Source: Patescibacteria group bacterium (GTDB lineage Bacteria; Patescibacteriota; Patescibacteriia; Patescibacteriales; JAQVLT01). Taken from it: DNA of 64,000 nucleotides. Within the stretch, counting starts at the first letter, position 1. Every line of letters begins with the position of its first letter. This document shows, piece after piece, positions 49,015 to 60,322 of this stretch. A program made the translations under genes and the position numbers. Location of the stretch: NCBI GenBank assembly GCA_028704015.1, contig JAQVLT010000004.1, positions 6,052 to 70,051 of the forward strand, in the 5' to 3' direction. The notes beneath the pieces were generated by a model. It was not told where the DNA came from and did no database searches. It saw only the letters and a program-made list of their open reading frames with translations.

Positions 49015-50061
49015 ATGTACGATGATATTAAAGAAAAATTTAAAAATTTGGAAGACAAGCTAAGCAATCCGGAAATTGTTAATAACCCCGAAAAATTAAA
49101 ATCCGTTTCCCGAGAACATGCCAACCTCAAAGAATTAATTGAGATGATTTTGAATTTGGAAAAAACAGAAAAAAATATCAAAGAAAACGAGGAAGTAATC
49201 GCCAAGGAAAACGACAGTGAGATAAAAACGATGGCGAGCGAAGAAATAATCCAGCTAAAAAATCAGGCGGAAAATTTAAAAAACAAAATTGAAGAAGAAC
49301 TGCATCCTGCCGATCCAAATGACAAAAAAAATGTAATTGTAGAAATTCGCGCCGGCACCGGCGGCGACGAATCCGCGCTTTTTACCGCCGAACTCTTTCG
49401 TCTTTATTCCCGCTTTGCCGAAAGAATGGGCTGGAAAATTAATATCTATAATTCCAGCCGGATTGGCATAGGAGGTTTCAAAGAAGTAATATTTTCCGTA
49501 GAAGGAAAAAACGTATATGGGAGTTTAAAATTTGAAGCTGGAACACATCGCGTTCAACGTGTGCCGGAAACTGAAAAAGCCGGACGTATTCATACTTCCG
49601 CAGTAACCGTAGCTGTATTACCCGAAGCCGAAGAAGTTGAGCTGGAAATCAAGCCGCAAGATATTAGAATTGATACCTACGCCGCCTCCGGACCGGGCGG
49701 ACAATGCGTAAACACCACTAATTCCGCGGTGCGCATTACGCATTTGCCCACAGGCGTCGTGGTTCAATGCCAAGACCAAAAAGATCAACATCAAAACAAA
49801 GCCAAAGCAATGTTAATTCTTCGCTCTAGAATTCTCCAAAAATTAGAAGAGGAAAAAAACGCCAAAGAATCTGCGGAAAGAAAATCGCAAATCGGCTCCG
49901 GCGACCGCAGTGAAAAAATTAGAACCTACAACTTCCCGCAAGATAGAATTACCGATCATCGCATAAAAATGAATTGGCATTCTATTGAAAGAGTAATGGA
50001 CGGCGATATTGGAGAAATTATTGAAGAACTAAAAAAAGCAGAAAAAGCTTTAAGAAAATAA
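49015..50061 (+). CDS. prfA: Peptide chain release factor 1
   Basis: PET motif, [15 protein letters not shown]. Confidence 0.96.
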   Translation: MYDDIKEKFKNLEDKLSNPEIVNNPEKLKSVSREHANLKELIEMILNLEKTEKNIKENEEVIAKENDSEIKTMASEEIIQLKNQAENLKNKIEEELHPADPNDKKNVIVEIRAGTGGDESALFTAELFRLYSRFAERMGWKINIYNSSRIGIGGFKEVIFSVEGKNVYGSLKFEAGTHRVQRVPETEKAGRIHTSAVTVAVLPEAEEVELEIKPQDIRIDTYAASGPGGQCVNTTNSAVRITHLPTGVVVQCQDQKDQHQNKAKAMLILRSRILQKLEEEKNAKESAERKSQIGSGDRSEKIRTYNFPQDRITDHRIKMNWHSIERVMDGDIGEIIEELKKAEKALRK

Positions 50062-50070
50062 GCTTATTTT

Positions 50071-50967
50071 ATGACTGCAAAAGAAACATTAATTAATGCT
50101 GTTCTAAAATTAAATAATACCAAAATAAAAAATCCGCACTATGAAGCGGAAATTTTATTATCGCACATTTTAAATAAACCAAGAGAATATATTTTGACTC
50201 ATTCGGAAAAAAAATTATCGCTAAAACAAATTTCCAAATTTAACCGATTAGTCAAAAAACGAAGTAAGGGCGAGCCAACCGCCTATTTAATCGGTTATAA
50301 ATATTTTTACGGTAACAAATATTTAGTAAACAAAAATGTTTTGATACCGCGTCCGGAAACTGAATTATTAATTGACGAAACTGCACATCTCGCTTCTCAT
50401 ATCTCGCGTCGCTTAAATCTTATTGATATTGGCACGGGCTCAGGTAATATTATTATTTCATTAGCGAAAAAATTTAGTTCCGGGCACCCGAAAATAAGTT
50501 TCAATTTCTTTGGTCTAGATATCTCTCTGAATGCTTTAAGGATCGCAAAACAAAACGCTAAATTAAACAAAGTCCAAAATAAAATAAAATTTATCCAAGG
50601 CAATTTATTAAAACCAATTCTTGATAATCCTAAATATCTTAACAATTCTAAAAATCCTAACGATCTTATAATTATCGCTAACCTTCCCTATTTGACACCT
50701 GAACAAATTAAAAAATCTGCTTCAATAAAATACGAACCAAAATTAGCTTTACAGGCCGGAAGTGATGGTCTTAAATATTATTACAAACTATTCCAACAAA
50801 TTAAAAAATTACAATCTTTATATGCTGTGCGTTATATTTTATGTGAAATAGATCCTGGGCAAAATACTAAAATAAAAAAACTGATTAAAAAAGAATTACC
50901 GCACGCAAAATTAAAAATAAAAAAAGACCTCGCGGGTCTAAACCGATTAGTTATATTAGAATTTTAA
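50071..50967 (+). CDS. prmC: Release factor glutamine methyltransferase
   Basis: LIPRPETE, DIGTGSG, NLPY; follows prfA. Confidence 0.93.
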   Translation: MTAKETLINAVLKLNNTKIKNPHYEAEILLSHILNKPREYILTHSEKKLSLKQISKFNRLVKKRSKGEPTAYLIGYKYFYGNKYLVNKNVLIPRPETELLIDETAHLASHISRRLNLIDIGTGSGNIIISLAKKFSSGHPKISFNFFGLDISLNALRIAKQNAKLNKVQNKIKFIQGNLLKPILDNPKYLNNSKNPNDLIIIANLPYLTPEQIKKSASIKYEPKLALQAGSDGLKYYYKLFQQIKKLQSLYAVRYILCEIDPGQNTKIKKLIKKELPHAKLKIKKDLAGLNRLVILEF

Positions 50968-52019
50968 AATTCAACCGCAGCCAAAGTATCTGCTACTTCA
51001 ATCCATGTTGCTCCGGCATTAAACTCAAATTCTTCGCCGGTATTTTTGTAATATCGGGTGCGGCTGGAAACCGAAGTTTTTTCCCAAGTGCCATTTTGAC
51101 AAACTCCATCAAGACAAACCATCACTTCGCCCTTTCCTATTGTCTCTAAATGCAATCTCAATTTTTCGTCAACTACCTCCGATTTAACTGCCTGAATAAT
51201 TAAATTTTTTGCTTCTACTGGCTTCTCAGTTAAATCGCTCCGCTCATAAACATTATTATCACTATTATACTCCCAATTGGCAGCATAGCCAGAATTATAT
51301 TTTACCGTTATTTTATTATTCAAATTTTGAGAATCTACTGGCGCTTCGTCTTTATATTTCCAGGAAAAAAATTCCTTGGCCATTGTTTTATTTTCCTCAA
51401 TTTTCTTTTTTATTAAAGCGGATGAGGTCAAGAGGTTGTGCGGCGCTTTTAGGCTTTTCTCTCGCCAAAAATAAGCCGTGTTATAATACTCGTCTAAATC
51501 GTTGACTTGATATTTTGTTATGAGAGCCAAAGCTTCTGGACTTCCACCGCAATGCAAAAATATCGCTCCGTATTCGTTAATCCAATCAAGAAAATAAGGA
51601 CGGGCGCTTCTAATCGGACCAATTTTTTCTACATCTTTGTCTTCGCTAAAAATTGCTAAAAATCTGGTAGTCACTCCCTCCACCTCAGCTTCATATACGA
51701 GACTGGCTTTATCCAGGCCGTAAAGAGGCCTAGCGGTAGGAAAATTATCAATGACAGCTGCATAAAGTACGGGGTTTGTTTCCTCGCTTATTATGCCGTC
51801 AATCATTCTGCGAACGCAATTTTCACAGATATCTTTTTTCTCTTGAATTTCTGTTGCATTGCTTATATTATCATTTTGAAAAAAATTATAAAATTTTGAT
51901 AAATAAACACCGCCGCCAGCAATTACAATGATAAACAAAAAAATGGAAATATAACAAAATAATTTCCATTTTCTCGTGGAATAATTAATAATTTTATTTT
52001 TGAGCACGTCTTTATTCAT
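50964..52019 (-). CDS. DUF3048 (YerB-like) membrane-anchored protein
   Basis: IDN..ARP, EGVTTRF, GPIRSAR, APHN; start moved to ATG 52019. Confidence 0.85.
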   Translation of the reverse strand: MNKDVLKNKIINYSTRKWKLFCYISIFLFIIVIAGGGVYLSKFYNFFQNDNISNATEIQEKKDICENCVRRMIDGIISEETNPVLYAAVIDNFPTARPLYGLDKASLVYEAEVEGVTTRFLAIFSEDKDVEKIGPIRSARPYFLDWINEYGAIFLHCGGSPEALALITKYQVNDLDEYYNTAYFWREKSLKAPHNLLTSSALIKKKIEENKTMAKEFFSWKYKDEAPVDSQNLNNKITVKYNSGYAANWEYNSDNNVYERSDLTEKPVEAKNLIIQAVKSEVVDEKLRLHLETIGKGEVMVCLDGVCQNGTWEKTSVSSRTRYYKNTGEEFEFNAGATWIEVADTLAAVEF

Positions 52020-52038
52020 TCCCTCCAATTTATCTAAA

Positions 52039-52716
52039 CTATTTTTTCGCGGCTGGAGTTTTTTCTTCGGATTTTCCACCGGCTTTTTCTTCCACGTTTT
52101 CGCTACCCCCTGCCGTTGCTTCAGCAGCTGGAGCTTCAACTTTTGTTTCCTCAATCTCTTGCTCTACGATATTAGCCACGATGTCATCAATATTATGGTG
52201 CAAAACCTTCAAGCCAGTCGGTATGTTTAAATTACTAATTTTAATGATATCCTCCTGAGTATTCAAAGAAGAAATATCAACATTAATATGGTCTATCAAA
52301 TCGCCCGGCAAACATTCAACCTCCAAATTATCGATGTTTTTTACTAAAATTAATCCTAAATCTTTAACAGCCTTTGATTCGCCTGTAAAATGTAACGGTA
52401 TTTCAGTCGTAATCGTCTTGGTCATATCAATCTGATAAAAATCTGCATGAGTAAGATTATTTTTAATAACATCTCTTTGAACATCTTTAATAATAATTTT
52501 TACCGGAGCGTCTTGATCTATCTTTAACTCTACTAAATTAGACACGCCCGCTTCCTTGTATATTTTTTCAAAATCAAGTTTTTTTATTTTTAAATGTCGA
52601 TTTTTCGCTCCCGGACCATACAAAACTGCGGGTAGATAATCTTTTTTATCAACCTTTTGCAATTTCCCTTCTTTTTCTTGTCTCGCCTCTGCGCTCAATG
52701 AAATATTCTTTGCCAT
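52039..52716 (-). CDS. rplY: 50S ribosomal protein L25/Ctc
   Basis: PAVLYG, HADFYQ, IPLHFTGES.AVK. Confidence 0.92.
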   Translation of the reverse strand: MAKNISLSAEARQEKEGKLQKVDKKDYLPAVLYGPGAKNRHLKIKKLDFEKIYKEAGVSNLVELKIDQDAPVKIIIKDVQRDVIKNNLTHADFYQIDMTKTITTEIPLHFTGESKAVKDLGLILVKNIDNLEVECLPGDLIDHINVDISSLNTQEDIIKISNLNIPTGLKVLHHNIDDIVANIVEQEIEETKVEAPAAEATAGGSENVEEKAGGKSEEKTPAAKK

Positions 52717-52781
52717 ATTTTATTAATTAATAACTATTGGCCGAAAAACCAATAGTTATTTATTCTATATTAATTAATTAA

Positions 52782-53888
52782 TTAATAATTTACTCTTGAT
52801 CTAATTATTACGCTTTCAACTATCCCCAAAAGGATAAAATTTGAAATAATTGAACTGCCACCATAGCTTAGAAATGGCAATGAAATGCCTACGACAGGCA
52901 AGATCCCCAGGTTCATACCAATATTAATAAACATTTCCAGAAAAATCAAGCCCAAAAAGCTAATTATAAAAAAAATGCCAAAATCATTATTGATTCTCTT
53001 GATATTAATTATTATTCTATAAAAAATAAGTGAAAAAAAGAAAAAGACAAGTAACACGCCAAAAAGCCCTAATTCCTCAGCAACTACAGCAAAAATAAAG
53101 TCATTTTGGGCTTCGGGAAGAAATTTTAACTGCGACTGCGATCCAAATCCCAATCCCCTGCCCGTTAAACCGCCGGAGCCAACCGCAATCATGGCTTGTG
53201 CTACGTTGTAATCCTGTTTTAAATTATTAAACACCGGGCTCACGAAACTTAATATTCTCTCTTTTTGATAATCTTTAAAACCGAATGACCATGCGGGTAT
53301 TAAAATCAAAACAAATAATAAAATAATTGCTAAAAAATATTTCTTTTTAAAACCGACTATCAAAAGCATCCCCAGCCAAATAGAAACTAATATTAAAGCC
53401 GAGCCAAAATCCGGCTGAAGCAAAACTAAAAAAACAAAAATTAAACTTAATAATCCGGAAAAAATTAATTGCTTAAGCGGCCTTATTTTAGCAGAACTGC
53501 TAGAAAAATATTTTGCTAAAAAAATAATTAAAATTATTTTTATAAATTCAACCGGCTGAAGATTAAATCCGCCCAAAGAAAACCAGCCTCGCGTTCCACG
53601 CACAGTATTACCGAAGATAAGTACACCTAAAAGCGCAAAAAATCCGATAAAAAATAAATATTTATTATTATTAGCCAGCCAGTGATAATCCAGGAATGCA
53701 AATGTAAAAAATAATAAAATCCCTAATAAAATAAAAAAAGCTTGCTTTTTAAAATTTATTAGGGTGATATTTTCCTGCCCCAACGCAATGCTATAAATCT
53801 CAACTAAACCTAATGCGGCTAACAAAATTGCGGAAAAAAACAATATCCAATCAAAATTTTTTATTTGTTTTATATTTCTATCAATCAT
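52782..53888 (-). CDS. rodA: SEDS peptidoglycan polymerase RodA
   Basis: QPVEFIK, QPDFG, YQKERI, PEAQNDFIF, PFLSYGGS. Confidence 0.9.
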   Translation of the reverse strand: MIDRNIKQIKNFDWILFFSAILLAALGLVEIYSIALGQENITLINFKKQAFFILLGILLFFTFAFLDYHWLANNNKYLFFIGFFALLGVLIFGNTVRGTRGWFSLGGFNLQPVEFIKIILIIFLAKYFSSSSAKIRPLKQLIFSGLLSLIFVFLVLLQPDFGSALILVSIWLGMLLIVGFKKKYFLAIILLFVLILIPAWSFGFKDYQKERILSFVSPVFNNLKQDYNVAQAMIAVGSGGLTGRGLGFGSQSQLKFLPEAQNDFIFAVVAEELGLFGVLLVFFFFSLIFYRIIINIKRINNDFGIFFIISFLGLIFLEMFINIGMNLGILPVVGISLPFLSYGGSSIISNFILLGIVESVIIRSRVNY

Positions 53889-53898
53889 TAATTATTCC

Positions 53899-54852
53899 TT
53901 ATTTCTCTTCGCCTACTCCGCCTTCAAATTTCATATAAATATCATCACGCGAAATATTGAGATCGGGATTAATTTGAATATTGCCGGCGTAACTGAAATT
54001 GCTCGGCCAATTAACGGTAATCTTCCTCGTTTCTCCAGATTTCAATTCGCTAACTATCAAACGGTCAACCCCGACTACAATATTACCGCTGGAAAGTATA
54101 ATGTTCAAAGGTAAAGCAACGTAATTATAGGCAGTTTTATTGTTAATTGTAAATTCTAAAATATTTATTCCCACGCCTTCCGATACCGTGCCTAACTTTG
54201 CCGAACCAAAGCTAATATTTTCAAATGATACATTTAAATGTTCGGAATAAAAATTATTCCAATCCGGTATTTGATGTTTATTTACTCTTTCCCATGAGAG
54301 TGATTTAAGAGTGAAAATAACACTATTTGCCGAATTCGGCTTGGCTAAAGCCATAATATATTTAGTTTCTTGAGGCAGGGCAAAATTATTTGCGCATTCA
54401 ATTTCTTCTTGGGGAGAAACAAAACAATATGAAAAATTAGCAATAAAATCTGGATTTGGATTTTCTAGTTTGACAAAATAATCATATTTACCGCTTCCAT
54501 TTCTTAAAACATTCACCGAAGATACAGCCAAATTTTGAGCAGCTAAGGATAAAAGATATTCATGACTAACTAATTTTGGCTCAGTAATATCTCTCAAAAG
54601 CCTTTCGTCTTCAATTACGCCTTTATACCAATAATAACCCAAGCCGTAGATACTATACCCCCAAGTTAACACTGAAAAAATAAGCAAAAAAATAATTATA
54701 CCCTTTTTTATTTTTTCCCGGTGTTCAATATACCAAAGGCCAGCTTCCAATTCTTTTGTTGATACGCCGCTAATATCTTTGTATCCCTCTACTTTTTTTT
54801 CTATATCATTTAATTCATTTTCCGCCCCCTTATTGTTCTCCTTGTTTTCCAT
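53899..54852 (-). CDS. Membrane-anchored hypothetical protein with beta-rich extracellular domains
   Basis: Single TM followed by beta-rich repeats. Confidence 0.6.
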   Translation of the reverse strand: MENKENNKGAENELNDIEKKVEGYKDISGVSTKELEAGLWYIEHREKIKKGIIIFLLIFSVLTWGYSIYGLGYYWYKGVIEDERLLRDITEPKLVSHEYLLSLAAQNLAVSSVNVLRNGSGKYDYFVKLENPNPDFIANFSYCFVSPQEEIECANNFALPQETKYIMALAKPNSANSVIFTLKSLSWERVNKHQIPDWNNFYSEHLNVSFENISFGSAKLGTVSEGVGINILEFTINNKTAYNYVALPLNIILSSGNIVVGVDRLIVSELKSGETRKITVNWPSNFSYAGNIQINPDLNISRDDIYMKFEGGVGEEK

Positions 54853-55027
54853 ATTTATATATTCAAAAATTATAATTATATTTTAACATATTTTTTACTT
54901 TAAAAAAAGGTATGAATTTATGTACATTTTTCCCTTGTCAATTACTTAACAATTTGCTAAAATATGATTACTTATAGCCTTGGGTATCGGGCTAAATTTT
55001 AATTTATAAACATAATATAAATATTGT

Positions 55028-57076
55028 ATGGTTGCTAAAAAAATAACTAATAATAAAGAAAAAAAATCAGATTACTACGGCGCTGAATCAATCACCGTTC
55101 TTGAAGGTCTGGATCCGGTACGCAAAAGACCGGGCATGTACATCGGCTCAACTTCCAGCACCGGACTTCACCATTTAATTTGGGAAGTTGTTGATAACAG
55201 TATTGACGAAGCAATGGCCGGTCATGCGAACGAAGTCAGTGTTGCTTTGCTTCCTGATGGCATGGTTGAAGTGATTGATAATGGCCGCGGTATTCCTGTC
55301 GAAAGGCATAAAGTAACAGGTTTGTCTGCCCTGGAAACCGTTTTGACCAAATTGCACGCGGGTGGAAAATTTGGTGGCGAAGGAAGCGGCTATAAAGTAT
55401 CCGGAGGTCTGCATGGCGTCGGCGTTTCAGTTGTTAATGCTCTGAGCGAATATCTGCGCGCCGAAGTGCATCGTGATGGCAAAATCTGGATGCAAGAATA
55501 TAAATATGGCAAACCGATAAAAAAAATTAAACCAATCGGCAGTTCAAAAAGAACCGGCACGACAATAATTTTTAAGCCTGATTCCACAATTTTTACTGAA
55601 CTAGAATTTAGCTGGGGAAAAATATTAGATCGTATCCGCCAACAAGCTTATCTCACCAAAGGCATAACGATGATAGTAAAAGACAATCGCAACGATCACC
55701 GGGAAAAAAATTATAAATTTCATTTTGAAGGCGGAATAAAATCATACATCAAAGCGATTAACCAAAATAAAACCGTAAAAAATGAAACTATTTTTTATGT
55801 TGAAAAGGAAATTGCCGATTCAAAAGTTGAAATCGCCCTGCAATACAATGACGAATTTAACGAAATAGTTCTACCTTTTGCTAATAACATCCATAATCCC
55901 GAAGGCGGTACGCATATAGTCGGTTTTAGAACATCTCTGACTAGAACTCTGAATTCGTACGCCAGAAACCACAATTTGCTAAAAGAAAAAGATGAAAATT
56001 TAACCGGTGATGATGTTAGAGAAGGTCTCAATGCTATCGTTAGTGTTAAACTAACCGATCCGCAATTTGAGGGCCAAACTAAAGGAAAATTGGGAAACGC
56101 GGAAATGAAAACTTACGTTGAACAAATTTTTGGCGATGCTTTTCAAATATTTTTAGAAGAACACCCAAGAGAAGCTGAGGCAATAATTGGCAAGTGCGTG
56201 TTATCAGCACAAGCAAGAATCGCGGCGAGAACTGCCCGAGCTACGATTCTACGCAAAGGCGCATTGGAAGGAATGACTCTACCGGGAAAACTTGCTGATT
56301 GCTCCAGCCGTAAGGCCGAGGAATGCGAACTATTTATCGTTGAGGGTGATTCGGCCGGCGGCTCAGCCAAACAAGGAAGGGACAGAAAATTCCAAGCAAT
56401 ATTACCGTTACGCGGTAAAATTCTAAACGTAGAAAGAGCCAGACTTGATAAAATGCTAGCAAATAATGAAGTAAAAAATTTAGTAATCGCTTTGGGTACA
56501 AATATTGATGAGCAATTTGATCTGGAAAAACTTCGCTATCACCGAATTATTATTATGACCGATGCTGATGTTGACGGCGCGCATATTCGCACTCTTCTTT
56601 TAACTTTATTTTTTAGACATTTTAACCCGCTAGTACTAAACGGAAATCTTTACATCGCACAACCGCCTCTTTACCAAATCAAAAAAGGAACTACCGCGCG
56701 ATGGGCATTTTCTGACGAAGAAAAATTAAAAATAGTTAAAGAATTTGGCGGCGATTCGGCAGAGATTGAAGAAGTAAAAGAAAATGACGAAGAAGAAAAT
56801 AAAACCGAAGTTGAAGAAGCAATTGCGGAAATAGCGGAAGCTAAAAAAACATCTACAAAAATTAATATTCAACGCTACAAAGGTCTCGGCGAAATGAACC
56901 CAGAACAACTTTGGGAAACAACTATGAACCCGGAAACACGTATTATGCAACAAGTTACGGTTGAAGACGCAGCTTTGGCTGACAAAGTATTTGATATGCT
57001 GATGGGCGGAGATGTCGCGCCCCGCAAGCACTTTATCCAGACGCATGCCAAAAAAGTTGAAAATCTAGATATATAA
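55028..57076 (+). CDS. gyrB: DNA gyrase subunit B
   Basis: RPGMYIG, EVVDNS, EGDSAGG, PLRGK, DADVDG, RYKGLGEM. Confidence 0.96.
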   Translation: MVAKKITNNKEKKSDYYGAESITVLEGLDPVRKRPGMYIGSTSSTGLHHLIWEVVDNSIDEAMAGHANEVSVALLPDGMVEVIDNGRGIPVERHKVTGLSALETVLTKLHAGGKFGGEGSGYKVSGGLHGVGVSVVNALSEYLRAEVHRDGKIWMQEYKYGKPIKKIKPIGSSKRTGTTIIFKPDSTIFTELEFSWGKILDRIRQQAYLTKGITMIVKDNRNDHREKNYKFHFEGGIKSYIKAINQNKTVKNETIFYVEKEIADSKVEIALQYNDEFNEIVLPFANNIHNPEGGTHIVGFRTSLTRTLNSYARNHNLLKEKDENLTGDDVREGLNAIVSVKLTDPQFEGQTKGKLGNAEMKTYVEQIFGDAFQIFLEEHPREAEAIIGKCVLSAQARIAARTARATILRKGALEGMTLPGKLADCSSRKAEECELFIVEGDSAGGSAKQGRDRKFQAILPLRGKILNVERARLDKMLANNEVKNLVIALGTNIDEQFDLEKLRYHRIIIMTDADVDGAHIRTLLLTLFFRHFNPLVLNGNLYIAQPPLYQIKKGTTARWAFSDEEKLKIVKEFGGDSAEIEEVKENDEEENKTEVEEAIAEIAEAKKTSTKINIQRYKGLGEMNPEQLWETTMNPETRIMQQVTVEDAALADKVFDMLMGGDVAPRKHFIQTHAKKVENLDI

Positions 57077-57087
57077 AAAAATTAATT

Positions 57088-57125
57088 AAATAAAAATATC
57101 CCAAAAAGTCGGGATATTTTTATTT
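57088..57125. terminator. Bidirectional terminator
   Basis: AAATAAAAATATCCC-loop-GGGATATTTTTATTT between gyrB and gpmI. Confidence 0.7.
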
Positions 57126-57131
57126 TTATAA

Positions 57132-58721
57132 TTATATTAAACTTTCTCCTGTCATTTCCTTCGGTTGCTCCAAATTTAAAATTTTTAAAATTGTAGGGGA
57201 AATATCCGCCAATGCTCCTTCTGGCTCCAAAAGACTTAAATCATGCCCCGGAGCTTCTTCAAAACCGATATTTTTCCCTTCAAATTCTTTACTGACAATA
57301 ATAAACGGCACCGGACTATTGCTGTGGCCTTTCTCATAAACCTCTGTCTGCATATTTAACATTGATTCCGCATTTCCATGGTCAGATGTAATAATTATTG
57401 TTCCATTTTTAATTAAAACTAAATTTACTAATTTCTCCAAACATTTATCCAGACATTCAATGGCTTTAATTACCGCCTTTACGTCTCCGGCATGCGCCAC
57501 CATATCGGGATTTGCATAATTAACCGCGATAAAATCGTAATAATTCTTTTCTATCTGTTTAAGTAACTCCTCGGTAATTTTTAATGCGGACATCTCTGGC
57601 TTTAAATCGTAGCTAGATACAATCGGTGAAGGAACTAATATGTCGTCCTCGCCAGCAAACTTTTTGTCCTCCCCGCCATTAAAAAAATAAGTGACATGGG
57701 CATATTTTTCCGTCTCGGCAATATGCAATTGTTTCAAACCCGCGTTAGCAATAACCTCGCTGATTGAATTTTTAAAATACTCGGGAGGAAAAGCAACACT
57801 GACCGCCAAATCTTTTTCATACTCCGTAAAACTGATAAAAAATAAATTTTTAAAAATTTTTGAACTTTTTACTTTGTCGGGAAACAAAAATGCTTTAGTT
57901 AATTGCCTGGCGCGATCGGGACGAAAATTGAAAAAAATTACCGAATCATTATCACCTACCTTGGTTATACTTTCTCCATACTTTGCAGCTACCAATGAAG
58001 AAATTTCTTCGTCATAAATTTTGTTTTGATAGCACTGGCTGATAGCGTCATTAATATTTTCAACTTTTTTACCTTCACCATTAACAATAGCTTCATAAAC
58101 CATAGCCGTTCGCTCCCAGTGATTATCGCGATCCATGGCATAAAATCTTCCGGAAACCGTTGCAATTATACCGATTCCAATTTTTTCCAACTCATCTTTT
58201 ATCTTATTAATTAATTCCAATCCTCTTTGATTATTAATATCCAAACCGTCAAGAAACAAATGGAGATAAACTTCTTTGATTTTGTTTGTTTTCGCCAGTT
58301 TCAACAAAGCAAACAAATGCTCGGTAGAAGCATGCTTATTAGCATCGGAAATTAACCCCAGAAGATGCAAATTTGAGTTATTCTCTTTAACATTTTTTAT
58401 CGCGCTTTTTAAAACCGGATTCCTAAAAAAACTTTTATCTTTGATAGATTTATTTATTCGTAATAAATCTTCAGTAACTATCCTGCCCAAGCCGATATTC
58501 ATATGACCTACCTCGCTATTACCTGGCTGACTATCCGGCAATCCCACGGCACTACCGGCTGCTTTTAGCGTAGCGGCAGGATAATTAGCAATTAACTTAT
58601 TAAAAAACGGCGTTTCCGCCTGAGTAATTGCATTACCGCTATAATTTTGCTTCACTCCCCATCCGTCTAAAATAATCAGAAGCAAAGGTTTGGGGGGCAA
58701 AATATTTAAATCTTTATCCAT
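57132..58721 (-). CDS. gpmI: 2,3-BPG-independent phosphoglycerate mutase paralog (divergent)
   Basis: LDGWG, GNSEVGH, ETEKYAHVT, DHGN; DGRD reads DGLD. Confidence 0.85.
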   Translation of the reverse strand: MDKDLNILPPKPLLLIILDGWGVKQNYSGNAITQAETPFFNKLIANYPAATLKAAGSAVGLPDSQPGNSEVGHMNIGLGRIVTEDLLRINKSIKDKSFFRNPVLKSAIKNVKENNSNLHLLGLISDANKHASTEHLFALLKLAKTNKIKEVYLHLFLDGLDINNQRGLELINKIKDELEKIGIGIIATVSGRFYAMDRDNHWERTAMVYEAIVNGEGKKVENINDAISQCYQNKIYDEEISSLVAAKYGESITKVGDNDSVIFFNFRPDRARQLTKAFLFPDKVKSSKIFKNLFFISFTEYEKDLAVSVAFPPEYFKNSISEVIANAGLKQLHIAETEKYAHVTYFFNGGEDKKFAGEDDILVPSPIVSSYDLKPEMSALKITEELLKQIEKNYYDFIAVNYANPDMVAHAGDVKAVIKAIECLDKCLEKLVNLVLIKNGTIIITSDHGNAESMLNMQTEVYEKGHSNSPVPFIIVSKEFEGKNIGFEEAPGHDLSLLEPEGALADISPTILKILNLEQPKEMTGESLI

Positions 58722-58735
58722 AAAAAAATAATAAA

Positions 58736-60322
58736 TTATCTTATTAAACTCCTACCCGTTATTTCTTTCGTTTTTTTTCTATTTAGCAAATCCAATATAG
58801 TTGGCATAATATCGCCTAAATTTCCACCTTTACGTAATTTAATATTCGGCTCTAAATTTTTTCCGACGATAATAAATGGAACGGAGTTAACCGAATGTTT
58901 TGTATCAACTTCTCCGGTTTCCAGATTTATCATTTCTTCAATATTGCCGTGATCGGCTGTTACCAAAACCGTACCGCCAATTCTCAAATAAGCCCTAACA
59001 ATATCTCCCAAATAATGATCCACGGCTTCACAACATTTAATTCCCGCCTCCAAATTGCCGGTGTGTGCCACCATGTCTGGAGCGGCGAAATTTAAAACCG
59101 TAAAATCGTATTTCCATTTTTTTTCTATTTTATTCAAATTTTTAATCACCTTAATAGATAATTCCTTGGTTCTCATTGCTGGTGTTTCATCATACGATTT
59201 TACATCCGGCGAAGGAATCATTTGCTGTTCCTCGCCATTAACCCTGCCGGAATAGCCGCCGTTGAAAAAATAAGTAACATGGGCGTATTTTTCTGTCTCG
59301 GCAATATAAAGCTGAGTTAAATCTGATAATACCATAGGCAGGGTATTTTTCAAGTCTAAACTCGGAAATGCGGAAAGAATAGAATCTAGGTCAGGACCAA
59401 AATCAGTCATAGCAACAAAAAATAAATTTTTTAATACCTTTTTTCTTTTAAATGCTGCGGGGTTATCTTTATTAAAATCTTTTTGCACAAAAACTTTGGA
59501 AAGCTGGCGAGCCCGATCAGACCGCAAATTAAAAAAAATGACGCTGTCATTATCATTAATCCTCGGGCATTGTTTTAATTTGCTATTTAAAATAATATGC
59601 GGCTCAAGAAATTCATCGCTCTCCCCCTGATTATAACTTTTGGTAATAGCTTCTTCGGCGCTCTTGGCGGTTTTACCTTCGCCCATAACTAAGGCATTGT
59701 AAGCTTTCTCAGTTCTAATCCACTTTTTCTTTCTATCCATAGCATAAAAACGCCCCATAACCGTAGCAATGCATTCGCCATTTTTAAATGATTTACGCAA
59801 ATCCTGCACTAATTTTAAAGAAGCATATTTTCCCGAATCACGGCCATCGGTAAAAAGATGCAAATACACATTTTTTATATCATTCCTTTTGGCAAATTCT
59901 AACAAGGCAAGCAAATGATCGGGATCGCTATGCGGACTCTGGCCGTTAGAAAGCATCCCCATAATATGAAGATTTGATTTATTTTTTTCAACATGTTTAA
60001 CCGCTTCAAGAAAAGCGGTATTTTTAAAAAATATCCCGTCAGTGATGCTTTTGCTAATACGCACTTCATCTTGTTCCACTACTCTTCCCGCGCCAATGTT
60101 CATATGTCCGGCTTCACTATTTCCGACTTGATTATCCGGCAGACCGACACACTCGCCATGAGCACAAAGCAATGTATTTGGATATTTTTTTAAAAGCCCG
60201 TTCATAGTCGGTGTTTTTGCTAAAGTTACCGCATTTCCTTTGTTGGGCGGCGCAATCCCCCAGCCGTCAAGAATGACGAGAACTAAGGGTAGTATATTTT
60301 TTCCTTTCGGTTTATTTTTCAT
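58736..60322 (-). CDS. gpmI: 2,3-BPG-independent phosphoglycerate mutase
   Basis: LDGWG, GNSEAGH, DGRD, ETEKYAHVT, DHGN. Confidence 0.92.
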   Translation of the reverse strand: MKNKPKGKNILPLVLVILDGWGIAPPNKGNAVTLAKTPTMNGLLKKYPNTLLCAHGECVGLPDNQVGNSEAGHMNIGAGRVVEQDEVRISKSITDGIFFKNTAFLEAVKHVEKNKSNLHIMGMLSNGQSPHSDPDHLLALLEFAKRNDIKNVYLHLFTDGRDSGKYASLKLVQDLRKSFKNGECIATVMGRFYAMDRKKKWIRTEKAYNALVMGEGKTAKSAEEAITKSYNQGESDEFLEPHIILNSKLKQCPRINDNDSVIFFNLRSDRARQLSKVFVQKDFNKDNPAAFKRKKVLKNLFFVAMTDFGPDLDSILSAFPSLDLKNTLPMVLSDLTQLYIAETEKYAHVTYFFNGGYSGRVNGEEQQMIPSPDVKSYDETPAMRTKELSIKVIKNLNKIEKKWKYDFTVLNFAAPDMVAHTGNLEAGIKCCEAVDHYLGDIVRAYLRIGGTVLVTADHGNIEEMINLETGEVDTKHSVNSVPFIIVGKNLEPNIKLRKGGNLGDIMPTILDLLNRKKTKEITGRSLIR

